DNA of 25,537 bases, taken from positions 1 to 25,537 of the forward strand of contig JBDLKA010000046.1 in the NCBI GenBank assembly GCA_039714075.1. The letters run 5' to 3'. Shown here one piece after another: positions 7,808 through 16,325 of this stretch. Both the position numbers and the translations under genes were made by a program. Origin of the DNA: Candidatus Krumholzibacteriota bacterium. GTDB taxonomy: Bacteria; Krumholzibacteriota; Krumholzibacteriia; LZORAL124-64-63. The first letter of the stretch is position 1; each line of letters opens with the position of its first letter. The notes beneath the pieces are model-generated. The model saw only the letters and a program-made list of their open reading frames with translations, was not told where the DNA came from and searched no databases.

Positions 7808-8818
7808 TCAGAATTGTCCGATCCCCAGGGATTTGACCGTGTCCAGTATTTCATCGTGAACCGGGGTGTTGGTCGCGACCACGCCCCGGTTCTTTTCCAG
7901 CCTGTAACCCAGACCGAAATCCAGGTCCCGCCCCGCTATGTCCGTCACGCGGCCCCCGGCTTCCGTCACCACCAGCAAACCGGCGGCGTGATCCCAGATT
8001 TTTTCGCGGTATTCAGCGTCCCGGGGCAGACGCAGGTAGGCCTCGGCCTCGCCGCGGGCCACGATCGCGTATTTGGCCTGGCTGTCCAGTCGGGCAGGCG
8101 GGGCTTGAATGTCCAATCGTTCGGCGATACGGGCGGTATCCCCGTGGGATGAGTGCGCCGCTTCCACCGATTCGCAGAACCGGATGAAGGAAGGGTCGGC
8201 CTGGGGGCTGACCGCCAGGGCAGCAGGATCACCTTCGCCCAGCAGCGGCATTTGCCAGGCGCCCTGGCCCTTGATGGCGATGAAAAGAGATCCCGGTCCA
8301 CGATCGGCGTCCAGGGCCGGTCCCAGGTTGGGGCATCCCAGCACCGCCGCGGAAACTTCACCCTCGATGACCAGAGCCAGGGCGATGGCGTACTGGCCTC
8401 CGCGCAGGAACCCCTTGGTGCCGTCGATGGGGTCGAGGGTCCAGAACCTGGGGGAGTACTCCTTGGCTCCTCCCAGATCGATCCAAGCGCAAACCTGTTC
8501 GGGACCGGAATCCGGCAGGAGTTTCCCGACATGTGAGACAACCCGTCCCAGCATGTCCGCCTGCTCCGGTTCGCGAAGGACCGCCGCGTCCTCCTCGCCG
8601 ATGATGGGGTCGTCGGGAAAAGCCTCCCTGATGGCCCGGCAGATCAGCGCCTGACTGCCGAAATCCGCCACCGTAACCGGGCTGCGATCCTGTTTGGCCA
8701 GGGCTCCCGGATCGATTTCGGCCTGGACGGCGCGGCACAGCAGGCCGGCCTGACGTACGGCGTCCGCGGCCAGGTTCATTTCCCGGGCAAAGGGGCGGTC
8801 ATTCCCGAAGTGTTTCAT
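7808..8818 (-). CDS. 3'(2'),5'-bisphosphate nucleotidase (PAP phosphatase), HAL2/Met22/SAL1-type, inositol monophosphatase superfamily
   Basis: Motifs K.D.SPVTVADFGSQA, IIGEED, FWTLDPIDGTKGFLRGGQYAIALAL, CESVE..HS, DSQAKY, YLRLP...Y.EKIWDHAAG. ATG 8818 follows GGAGAG. Confidence 0.9.
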   Translation of the reverse strand: MKHFGNDRPFAREMNLAADAVRQAGLLCRAVQAEIDPGALAKQDRSPVTVADFGSQALICRAIREAFPDDPIIGEEDAAVLREPEQADMLGRVVSHVGKLLPDSGPEQVCAWIDLGGAKEYSPRFWTLDPIDGTKGFLRGGQYAIALALVIEGEVSAAVLGCPNLGPALDADRGPGSLFIAIKGQGAWQMPLLGEGDPAALAVSPQADPSFIRFCESVEAAHSSHGDTARIAERLDIQAPPARLDSQAKYAIVARGEAEAYLRLPRDAEYREKIWDHAAGLLVVTEAGGRVTDIAGRDLDFGLGYRLEKNRGVVATNTPVHDEILDTVKSLGIGQF

Positions 8819-8983
8819 GCGGTTCTCTCCCAAAAGGTGGATAATTTCCCAAATGATAATAAACACATGCCTTGCCTGCAGAAAATCTCCCGATTTAATT
8901 CAAGTTTGTCTGGATACTTTCCGAATATTGCACCAGAATTCCAATCGAAACGATTCCCGATAATAGAAACAATGGAGAAACCC

Positions 8984-10429
8984 ATGAAGAGATTGGTCCT
9001 TTCTTTCCTGGTGCTGGTTTGCCTGGTCGGCGCCTCTGCCCAGGCCGTTGAAAATGAAGGTCGGTGGGGATTGGGGCTGGATTTCGGAGCCGCCAAACTC
9101 CTGGGGGGAAATCACGATTATTCGAACGTCGATCAGTTCGGCGGTCTTCATTTTCGCTACGGCCTGACCAACCGCTGGTCCCTCGACGCACAGATGAAGT
9201 ACGGCACCGCTCGCCCGGGCTCGCACCTGGGTGAGGATGCCGGGTTCACTTTCTCGTCGGTTTATCCCTTTTACACCACCATGCTCCAGGGGATGGCGGG
9301 CGCCCGGTACTACTTTTCGCCTGAGGGCGGCATCAAGCCCTTCGGGTCGGTCCATGTGGGATTCATCGACTGGAAGGTGCGTGACGAAACCGCCACCGAA
9401 AGCGTCGGCCTGATTCCGGGCGGTCCGGTGACGGACGGTTACACCAATTCCTGGGATCCGAAGAAGCTCGAAAGCATGAACCTGACCGCCGGCCTGGGCC
9501 TGGGGTTGGAGTTCTTCTTCAGCGAATCGGTGTCCATGGAAGTCTCGGGCCGGTACACTTTCATCATCGACAATACCATCGACAACATCGGTTCGGGGAC
9601 CATTTACGGACCCGGAGAGGTTGATGCCAACCAGGCCATGCTTGACGGTTTCGTGGGCATGACCGTCTACTTCGGCGGCAACAAGGATCGCGACGGCGAC
9701 GGTTTCGAGAACAAGTACGACCGCTGCCCGGACGAGGCCGAGGACCTGGACGGATACCTGGACGAAGACGGTTGCCCGGATCCGGACAATGACGACGACG
9801 GCATCCTGGACATCAACGACAATTGTCCCGACGACGTCGAGGACATGGACGGTTTCAAGGACGAGGACGGCTGCCCGGACCCGGACAACGACGGTGACGG
9901 CGTGATCGACGCCAAGGACAAGTGTCCCGAGGAAATGGAAGACGTCGACGGCTTCCAGGATGACGACGGCTGCCCGGACCCGGACAACGACGGCGACGGG
10001 GTGCTCGATGCCGACGACCAGTGCGGCAACACTCCGGAAGGTGTCGAGGTGGACGAGACCGGCTGCCCCGTCATTGCGGAGATCAAGCCGGAAATGGTTC
10101 TCCAGGGTGTCACGTTCACCGTGGGCAAGGCCGAACTCACCCACGACTCGCTGAACGTCCTGGACAAGGTGGCCGCTTCGCTGCACGCCTGGCCCGACGC
10201 GACCGTCGAGATCCAGGGCCACACCGACAGCACGGGCTCGGCCGATTTGAACCGGGCCATTTCCATGCTGCGGGCCGAAGCCGTGCGGGAATACCTCATT
10301 TCCAAGGGCATCGATCCGGCCCGTATGACCGCGATCGGTTTCGGTGAGGACCTGCCTATCGGCGACAACGCCACCGCCGAAGGCCGCGCGGCCAACCGGC
10401 GGGTCGAATTGGTCCGGACCGACGGCTAG
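8984..10429 (+). CDS. OmpA-family outer membrane protein: N-terminal beta-barrel, thrombospondin type-3 repeats, C-terminal peptidoglycan-binding domain
   Basis: ATG 8984 follows GGAG and begins a signal peptide (MKRLVLSFLVLVCLVGASAQA). It has alternating beta-strands, DxDxDG..CP repeats, and the OmpA_C motifs IQGHTDSTG, N..S..RA..V..YL and GRAANRRVE. Confidence 0.92.
   Translation: MKRLVLSFLVLVCLVGASAQAVENEGRWGLGLDFGAAKLLGGNHDYSNVDQFGGLHFRYGLTNRWSLDAQMKYGTARPGSHLGEDAGFTFSSVYPFYTTMLQGMAGARYYFSPEGGIKPFGSVHVGFIDWKVRDETATESVGLIPGGPVTDGYTNSWDPKKLESMNLTAGLGLGLEFFFSESVSMEVSGRYTFIIDNTIDNIGSGTIYGPGEVDANQAMLDGFVGMTVYFGGNKDRDGDGFENKYDRCPDEAEDLDGYLDEDGCPDPDNDDDGILDINDNCPDDVEDMDGFKDEDGCPDPDNDGDGVIDAKDKCPEEMEDVDGFQDDDGCPDPDNDGDGVLDADDQCGNTPEGVEVDETGCPVIAEIKPEMVLQGVTFTVGKAELTHDSLNVLDKVAASLHAWPDATVEIQGHTDSTGSADLNRAISMLRAEAVREYLISKGIDPARMTAIGFGEDLPIGDNATAEGRAANRRVELVRTDG
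9686..10070 (+). repeat. Intragenic ~99-bp (33-aa) tandem repeats, about 4 copies (TSP3-like Ca-binding)
   Basis: DRDGDGFENKYDRCPDEAEDLDGYLDEDGCPDP / DNDDDGILDINDNCPDDVEDMDGFKDEDGCPDP / DNDGDGVIDAKDKCPEEMEDVDGFQDDDGCPDP / DNDGDGVLDADDQCGNTPEGVEVDETGCP. Confidence 0.9.
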
Positions 10430-10452
10430 CACGCGACATCATCGGTTGTCGA

Positions 10453-10486
10453 GAAAAGGGCCCCGGATTTTCCCGGGGCCCTTTTC
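10453..10486. terminator. Rho-independent terminator after the OmpA gene (bidirectional-type)
   Basis: GAAAAGGGCCCCGG-attttc-CCGGGGCCCTTTTC is a 14-bp perfect inverted repeat 23 nt after the stop. Confidence 0.85.
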
Positions 10487-10570
10487 GTATCCGGCCGGAT
10501 CGATTGCACGGAAGCTCTTGATTTGGTATTATCAATGTTGGAATCAGGGATATGTGACAAAGGAGATGCC

Positions 10571-11212
10571 ATGAAGATTTCCACACTTTTTTTACTCGTA
10601 TCCACCCTGTTGATGACCATGACCGGCTCCACGGCGATGGCCTGCACGGGAATCCCCGACCTGAACCTGTCCATTGTCCAGCAGACCTTCGAAGGTCTGG
10701 CCACGCTGCTGGTCATGCCCGACGGTTCCGGCCCGCCGTTGACCGAGGCCCACACGGCCGACGGCACGGTCGTCGACGCCACCATCCACCTGACCCTCAT
10801 TTCGACTTGCATTGAGGCAGAGCCCGTACCGAACTTTCCCCGGGAGGATATGTGGCTCGTCAGCCTCGGAGGGGGTTTGGCAATGTGTCAAGGAGGGACG
10901 ATCGCCGATTCCAATACCGATGTGGATGGACATACCCAGTGGTCCCTGCCCTTGAAAGCCGGCGGCTGGGATGACGGGAATAGCCGGGTCGTGGTCAACG
11001 GCGTGGAGTTGGGGGACCCCGCGGGCCTGACCGTCAACTTCAGCAGTCCGGACATCGACGGCAACCTGGTGGTGAATCTCTCCGACGTGACCCTTTTCGC
11101 GATGGATTTTTTCGGGCCGTATGTCTTCCGATCGGATCTGCATCACGACGGAGCGGTCAACCTGTCCGACCTGGCCGTCGTTGCCGGGGCCGTGGGAATA
11201 ACCTGCCCCTGA
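10571..11212 (+). CDS. Secreted hypothetical protein with C-terminal dockerin-like (duplicated EF-hand) module
   Basis: ATG 10571 follows AAGGAG and begins a signal peptide (MKISTLFLLVSTLLMTMTGSTAMA). The C-terminus has DIDGNLVVNLSD..~16 aa..DLHHDGAVNLSD. Confidence 0.8.
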   Translation: MKISTLFLLVSTLLMTMTGSTAMACTGIPDLNLSIVQQTFEGLATLLVMPDGSGPPLTEAHTADGTVVDATIHLTLISTCIEAEPVPNFPREDMWLVSLGGGLAMCQGGTIADSNTDVDGHTQWSLPLKAGGWDDGNSRVVVNGVELGDPAGLTVNFSSPDIDGNLVVNLSDVTLFAMDFFGPYVFRSDLHHDGAVNLSDLAVVAGAVGITCP

Positions 11213-11227
11213 GGGTTCGGAAACCCG

Positions 11228-13063
11228 CTATTCCCACTCGATGGTCCCCGGCGGCTTGCTGGTCAGGTCGTAGGCCAGGCCGCTGATGCCGGGCAGGGCC
11301 GTGATCGCCTCCCGCAATTCCGCGAGCAATGCCAGGGGCAACCGCGCCGCCGTCGCGGTCATGGCGCGCTCGCTGTGGATGGGCCGCAGGATGCACAGTT
11401 CCCGGCCGGCGCCGTCGATTTCCACCGGCACCAGCACGGTCGGGCACTGCCATATCTCTCCGTACAAATCGTGGCGCCGCAATCCCTCCATCATCAGATG
11501 ATCGCATTCCCGCAGCAGGTCCAACCGGTCCCGTGTCATGGTCGCGGCCAAGGGTTTGAAGTTTGCCGGCATGGTGTCGGTCAGGTTCCACAGGGTGCGG
11601 TTGATGCCGTCGACCGTCTTGAAGATGGTGCCCGACGCCTCGGCCAGGGTGTCCCAGCCGGCTTCGCCGTGGATCAGGACGGGGTGTTCGTAGGAGCGCA
11701 GGTCGGCCTTCACGCCCACCGATTTGATCGGCAGCGGCGCACCGGTCAAGCCGTACCGCGCCAGGGCGTCGGTCACCGCGGGGGCGATCGTTCCCAGGGA
11801 GTCGGCGTCCGCAACCTCGCCGTCCGAACAGAGCAGCCGCACGCCCAGGCCGGGGCCGGGGAAGGGGTGGCGCCAGATCATGTCGTGGGGGATGCCCAGC
11901 ATCTCGCCCAGCTCGCGGACTTCGACCTTGTACAGGTCGGCCAGGGGCTCGACAACCTTGCCGGCGGCGATCATTTCCTCGATGACCGGAACCCGGTTGT
12001 GGTGGGTCTTGATGGTGTCGGCGCGCTTGGTGCCGCCGGTTTCGATGGTGTCGGGATAGATGGTTCCCTGGCCCAGCAGGTGATGCTCGATGTCCAGGCG
12101 CTTGGCCTCGCTCTCGAACACGGTTATGAAGGTGTCGCCGATGGCGCGGCGCTTGTCCTCGGGCTCGATCCTGCCCTCGAGGGCGGTCAGGAAGGTGTCC
12201 GTGGCGTCGATGAAATGAAAATTCCGGTCCAGGCCGAGGTCGCGGAACATCTCGACCACGCCGGCCGACTCGTCCTTGCGCATCAGTCCGTTGTCCACGT
12301 GGAGCAGGTTCAGGCGGTCGGGTCCGAGCGCCTCTCCGAACAGACGGGCCGCCACGGTGGAGTCGACCCCGCCGCTGGCCAGCAGAAACACCGAATTATC
12401 CCCCACCTGGGCGCGGATCTTCTCGACCTGCTCGGTCACGTAGCTGTCCATGGTCCAGGTGGGCCGACAGCCGCAGATGTTCCGCACGAAGTTGGCGATC
12501 ATCCGGTCGCCGTGCAGGGTGTCGTCCACCTCGGGATGGAACTGGAACCCGTAGCGGCGCAGCTTGTCGCTGCCGATGGCCGCGAAGTGGTGCGGGGGGC
12601 TTCCTTCGCCCAGGATGGTGTGGCCCAGTTCCTCGAAATCGGGCCCCACGGCGGTGACCGAATCGAAGTGGCTCATCCAGACCTGCTCGACTTTTTCCAG
12701 CCCGGCGAACAACGGATGGTCGCGGTTGATGTGCAAATCGGCGTGCCCCCATTCCTGCTTGCCGTTGACCACCGTGCCGCCGTAGTGCTTGGCGATTTCC
12801 TGGTGGCCGAAGCAGAACCCCAGAATGGGGATGTCCAACTCGTAGATTTCCTTGTTGTAGGCCGAATCCTCGCCGAAGGACGACAGCGCCGGGCTGCCGG
12901 ACAGGATGATGCCCTGGTAGCCGCGGAAGACCTCGATGTCGTCCTCGGGCTGGCGGATTTCCGCCAACACCTTGCTACGCCTGACTTTGGTGGCGATGAG
13001 ATGGGCGTACTGGCCGCCGAAATCGATGACGGCGATGCGATCGTGCTGGATATCGTGGCTCAT
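11228..13063 (-). CDS. guaA: GMP synthase (glutamine-hydrolysing), long form
   Basis: GATase motifs IDFGGQY, ILSGSP, GFCFGHQ, WMSH and QFHPEV. ATPPase motifs SGGVDSTV, GTIYPD.IE, IKTHHN, KVEVRELG, RHPFPGPGLGVR and C-terminal YDLTSKPPGTIEWE. Start at ATG 13063 after GGAAGG gives 611 aa. Confidence 0.95.
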   Translation of the reverse strand: MSHDIQHDRIAVIDFGGQYAHLIATKVRRSKVLAEIRQPEDDIEVFRGYQGIILSGSPALSSFGEDSAYNKEIYELDIPILGFCFGHQEIAKHYGGTVVNGKQEWGHADLHINRDHPLFAGLEKVEQVWMSHFDSVTAVGPDFEELGHTILGEGSPPHHFAAIGSDKLRRYGFQFHPEVDDTLHGDRMIANFVRNICGCRPTWTMDSYVTEQVEKIRAQVGDNSVFLLASGGVDSTVAARLFGEALGPDRLNLLHVDNGLMRKDESAGVVEMFRDLGLDRNFHFIDATDTFLTALEGRIEPEDKRRAIGDTFITVFESEAKRLDIEHHLLGQGTIYPDTIETGGTKRADTIKTHHNRVPVIEEMIAAGKVVEPLADLYKVEVRELGEMLGIPHDMIWRHPFPGPGLGVRLLCSDGEVADADSLGTIAPAVTDALARYGLTGAPLPIKSVGVKADLRSYEHPVLIHGEAGWDTLAEASGTIFKTVDGINRTLWNLTDTMPANFKPLAATMTRDRLDLLRECDHLMMEGLRRHDLYGEIWQCPTVLVPVEIDGAGRELCILRPIHSERAMTATAARLPLALLAELREAITALPGISGLAYDLTSKPPGTIEWE

Positions 13064-13196
13064 GGAACCTTCCCGTGAAGGTTGGGGGCGGAAAAAGGAC
13101 CGATAAAGTCCTCGAGGGTCCAAGGATGGGCAATAAGTAACAAATGGGACGATGATCCACAACCCGGATTATTCCCCGCAGAAGTCCTACCCGGCC

Positions 13197-13955
13197 CTAT
13201 TCCTCCGTATGATCTCCTGTGAGGGGCACGAACCGGACCGGCAGCACGACCCGCCGGTCGATCTCGCCGTCGGAGTCCTTGCTGACCAGGGTCAACCACT
13301 GGACTTCACCCTGGCCGCCGACGGGCATCACCAGGCGTCCTCCGGGCTTGAGCTGTTCCAGAAGGGGCGCGGGGATCTTCTCGGCCGCGGCGGTGACCAT
13401 GATGCCGTCGAAGGGGCCGTCCTCGGGCAGACCCAGGTAGCCGTCCCCGGTGTGCACGACTACATTCTCGTAACCCAGGTCCGCCAGTCTCTTGCGGGCG
13501 GTCCGCGCCAGTTCGGGCACGATCTCGATCGTGAACACCCGACCCCGGGAAACGACTTCGCTGAGGACCGCGGCCTGGTAGCCCGAGCCGGTGCCGACTT
13601 CGAGCACCTTGTCTTCGGGGCCGAGCGCGAGAATGTCGGTCATCATCGCGACGATGGTGGGCTGGCTGATGGTCTGGCCGTGGCCGATGGGTAGGGGATT
13701 GTTCGCGTAGGCGCTGCCCCGGAGTTCGGGCGGCACGAATTCGTGCCGCGGAACCCGGGCCAGGGCCAGGGCGACGGGCTGGGAGAGGTGGTCCCTGCCG
13801 AGGACCTGGACGTTCCGGGCCACGTCGGCATGGATGGCGCGCATCATGGCCTGATGCGGTCCGGACCAATCCCGTTCACCGGAACCAATGGAGTTTTCAG
13901 CCATTGAAGCCATCATCAGACCGACAACGATTTGCAGACAAATGACCATGATCAC
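13197..13955 (-). CDS. pcm: Protein-L-isoaspartate(D-aspartate) O-methyltransferase
   Basis: Motifs VPRHEFVP, AY.N.PLPIGHGQTISQP, VLEVGTGSGYQAAVL, GDGY.G, PFD.I.VTAA, QLKPGGRLVMPVG and VRFVPL. The start codon is uncertain (GTG 13955, ATG 13949 or later). Confidence 0.93.
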   Translation of the reverse strand: MIMVICLQIVVGLMMASMAENSIGSGERDWSGPHQAMMRAIHADVARNVQVLGRDHLSQPVALALARVPRHEFVPPELRGSAYANNPLPIGHGQTISQPTIVAMMTDILALGPEDKVLEVGTGSGYQAAVLSEVVSRGRVFTIEIVPELARTARKRLADLGYENVVVHTGDGYLGLPEDGPFDGIMVTAAAEKIPAPLLEQLKPGGRLVMPVGGQGEVQWLTLVSKDSDGEIDRRVVLPVRFVPLTGDHTEE

Positions 13956-14009
13956 CCCGACTAGCTTGAGATTAGTCGAGGTTCAGCCGCGCCGCAAGGA
14001 GGTCGCGAC

Positions 14010-14624
14010 ATGATACCAGTGAAATCAACCCTTCTCGCCGTTTTGTTGCTGGCGGGAGTTTTGGGAAGGATCGACGCCATGGCCGACGAAGAAAACAGGG
14101 AAATCGCCACGCTGGGCGGAGGATGTTTCTGGTGCCTGGAGGCCGTTTTCGAGGAGCTGAAGGGGGTGTCCAAGGTCGAATCCGGATTTGCCGGAGGCGA
14201 CGACGACGCCAGCTACGAGGATGTGTGCACGGGTTTGACGGGGCACGCGGAAGTTGTCCAGATCACCTTTGATCCCGGGGTCGTTTCCTATGCGGAAATC
14301 CTGGCCGTCTTCTTTTCCGTGCACGACCCCACGACCCTGAACCGCCAGGGCGCCGATGTGGGCACGCAATACCGGTCGGCGGTTTTCCATCATGGCGACA
14401 AGCAGAAAGCGGCCGCGAAAAAAGCCATCGCCGTGCTGACGGAGGAAAAGGTCTGGCCAAACCCGGTGGTGACGGAAGTGACCGCCTTCGACAGGTTCTT
14501 CAAGGCCGAGGATCGCCATCAGGACTACTACCGGAACAACAAGACCGAGGGCTACTGCCAGGTGGTGATCAACCCCAAACTGGCCAAGTTCCGCAAGAAA
14601 TTCGGGGATCAGTTGAAGGATTGA
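14010..14624 (+). CDS. msrA: Peptide-methionine (S)-S-oxide reductase MsrA with N-terminal signal-like peptide
   Basis: Motifs ATLGGGCFWCLEA, YEDVCTG.TGHAEVVQ, HDPTTLNRQG.D.GTQYRS, AED.HQDYY and YC. A strong AAGGAGG RBS precedes ATG 14010. Confidence 0.95.
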   Translation: MIPVKSTLLAVLLLAGVLGRIDAMADEENREIATLGGGCFWCLEAVFEELKGVSKVESGFAGGDDDASYEDVCTGLTGHAEVVQITFDPGVVSYAEILAVFFSVHDPTTLNRQGADVGTQYRSAVFHHGDKQKAAAKKAIAVLTEEKVWPNPVVTEVTAFDRFFKAEDRHQDYYRNNKTEGYCQVVINPKLAKFRKKFGDQLKD

Positions 14625-14629
14625 GCCTG

Positions 14630-14657
14630 CCGCTCAACCTCCCGCTCAACCTCCCGC
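14630..14657. repeat. 12-bp tandem duplication (CCGCTCAACCTC x2.3) just after the msrA stop
   Basis: ccgctcaacctc ccgctcaacctc ccgc, read directly from the sequence. Confidence 0.8.
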
Positions 14658-14701
14658 AAAAAGACCAGGGCCGCCATGATGATGGCGGCCCTGATCCTTT
14701 A
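14658..14701. terminator. Bidirectional intrinsic terminator between convergent msrA and the FGE-fold gene
   Basis: CAGGGCCGCCAT-gatg-ATGGCGGCCCTG is a 12-bp stem (14666-14693), with an AAAAA tract on the left and CCTTT on the right. Confidence 0.8.
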
Positions 14702-14719
14702 TCCCCACCGACTGAAAAC

Positions 14720-16084
14720 CTATGGCGTGGGAATTCCCCCGGAAGCGACCCTGAATCCGATATGGAATCCCCGGTAATCGGGAGCGCCCATCATGCGGGC
14801 GGCCGAGCGGCACATGCCCGAGGCAAGCAGCCACCGCCCGCTGCGGATGACCCTGTTTTCACCTACTTCGGGACCTACGGGGTCCACCACGGGCGTCAGG
14901 TCCTCGTCCTCGTAGAAAATGTCCTCGGGAAGCTCGGGCACCTCGTACGGTCCATAGAAGGAGTGGCACCATTCCCACACGTTTCCGTGCATATCGAACA
15001 GGCCGAGGTCGTTGGCGGCCTTGGTGCCGACATCATGGGAAGAATTGCCCGCATTGCCGCAGTACCAGCCGGCACCGTCGAGGCTGGGCTCCTTGCAGTT
15101 GCCGTTCTCGATGTCTCCACTGTAGAAAGCCGTCTGGGTGCCCGCGCGGCAGGCGTTTTCCCACTCCGCTTCGGTCGGCAGACGGTATTTGGAAGACACC
15201 AGGGTCCAATCGTTATGATCGTAGGCCTTGGGCAAGCCCTCCTTCAGGCTGAGCCAATCGCAATAGGAAGCGGCTCCGTACCAGGTCACCTCGATCAGTG
15301 GACGGAGGGCGTCCCCGGGTTTCTTCAGGCGCAGGACACCTTCCTGGACGTCGATGGGCGTGTCCTCGAAGTCGAAGTTGATCAATTCGACGGTGGATCC
15401 GTCGAGGGCGTCGAGCATGGAGGATTCCGTGGTCGTGGCGTGGCCTTCTTCGATGGCCCAGTTGCCGAGTTCGACGAATTCCTGGTTGGTGATTTCGGTC
15501 TTACTCATGAAATGAGTGTAGGTAAGCTGCACCCGGTGCCGCAACTCGTCGATATCCCGTCCGATTTCCGACGGATAGGACAAGGTGTCGATCACCGTAG
15601 TGTCGATCTCCACTTCGTTGCCCTCGATAATGCGGGTGATGGTGGTGTCCCGGTATTCCCAGTATTTCCGGTTTCCGTTATCACTGCCCATGATGAAATC
15701 CGCACCCTCGATGCGGACGAAACTCGTGAGGGGCGCCTTGTCCAGGTATTCCCCGAACAGGGTCAGGGTGCCGTTGGCCGCGAGGGTGTGTTTGGCGGGC
15801 ATGGGACCCGTCCAGTCCTTGACCGCGGTCCAGATGATCGTGTACCGGCCGGAAGGCATTTCGCCCAGGACCACGTCGGTGTCGCCGTGGCGGAACGAAT
15901 CACCCGGTCCGTACAGATGCCACGAAGCCCCGTCGGCACCCGCGGGCATCCTGATCTCGATGGTGCCGACTCCCGCTTCGGGAGCGGACGGGTCGTCGCT
16001 GCTGCATCCGAAAAAGGCAAGGAGAACAAATACAATGACGGCGGCGGTTAAAAACGTGCTCAAGGGACCCCTGTTAGACCACAT
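14720..16084 (-). CDS. FGE-sulfatase (SUMF1/EgtB/PvdO; C-type-lectin-like fold) domain lipoprotein with N-terminal PEGA-like segment
   Basis: Motifs FIMGS, TEITNQEF, P..EVTWYGA..YC.W, YRLPTEAEWE.ACRAG, GL.DMHGNVWEW and R..R.G.W.....CR.A.R..........GFR. The signal peptide ends FFG-C (lipobox-like). Likely start is ATG 16084 after GGAG (alternative 16096). Confidence 0.85.
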   Translation of the reverse strand: MWSNRGPLSTFLTAAVIVFVLLAFFGCSSDDPSAPEAGVGTIEIRMPAGADGASWHLYGPGDSFRHGDTDVVLGEMPSGRYTIIWTAVKDWTGPMPAKHTLAANGTLTLFGEYLDKAPLTSFVRIEGADFIMGSDNGNRKYWEYRDTTITRIIEGNEVEIDTTVIDTLSYPSEIGRDIDELRHRVQLTYTHFMSKTEITNQEFVELGNWAIEEGHATTTESSMLDALDGSTVELINFDFEDTPIDVQEGVLRLKKPGDALRPLIEVTWYGAASYCDWLSLKEGLPKAYDHNDWTLVSSKYRLPTEAEWENACRAGTQTAFYSGDIENGNCKEPSLDGAGWYCGNAGNSSHDVGTKAANDLGLFDMHGNVWEWCHSFYGPYEVPELPEDIFYEDEDLTPVVDPVGPEVGENRVIRSGRWLLASGMCRSAARMMGAPDYRGFHIGFRVASGGIPTP

Positions 16085-16325
16085 CAAATACTCCATCCGG
16101 TTTACCTGGTCGGAATTGGCGTGCAACCATAAAAAATTACCCTTTTGCGGGATTGGAGTCAAGTCAGGCCACCTTGCGGCCAGCACCCGATCAACCGCTT
16201 GGACAGATTACGAGCCGAGTGGACCAATTTTCCAAATTTTCGCTTTTTATTCGCCATAGTGTATGGTAGGTTGTCTTTCCGAACCCTGACATGACAATTA
16301 CCCCACTTTTTTCCGGGAGGGAATA

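Noticed and set aside
9686..10070. Regularly spaced repeats that might suggest a CRISPR array
   Set aside because: They are in-frame, degenerate 33-codon TSP3 protein repeats inside OmpA, with no unique spacers or cas genes.
13064..13196. Possible purine riboswitch or attenuator in the guaA leader (AGGAC-tttatcg-GTCCT-TTTT on the minus strand)
   Set aside because: The stem is only 5 bp and the purine-riboswitch core sequences are not recognisable.
14630..14657. 12-bp direct repeat as a target-site duplication or mobile-element scar
   Set aside because: The copies are directly adjacent with no element between them, so simple slippage is sufficient. It is kept only as a repeat feature.
14666..14860. 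FGE/C-type-lectin-fold C-terminus followed by a hairpin, resembling a diversity-generating retroelement target (VR plus cruciform)
   Set aside because: There is no template repeat or reverse transcriptase in the window. Several would-be variable codons end in G (CTG, TCG, ATG) rather than fitting AAY-derived NNY, and the hairpin is explained as a terminator between convergent genes. A genome-wide search for a near-copy differing only at adenines would settle it.
14720..16084. Call as a true formylglycine-generating enzyme
   Set aside because: It lacks the catalytic RGGSFLC...YC Cys pair, so only the fold family is supported.
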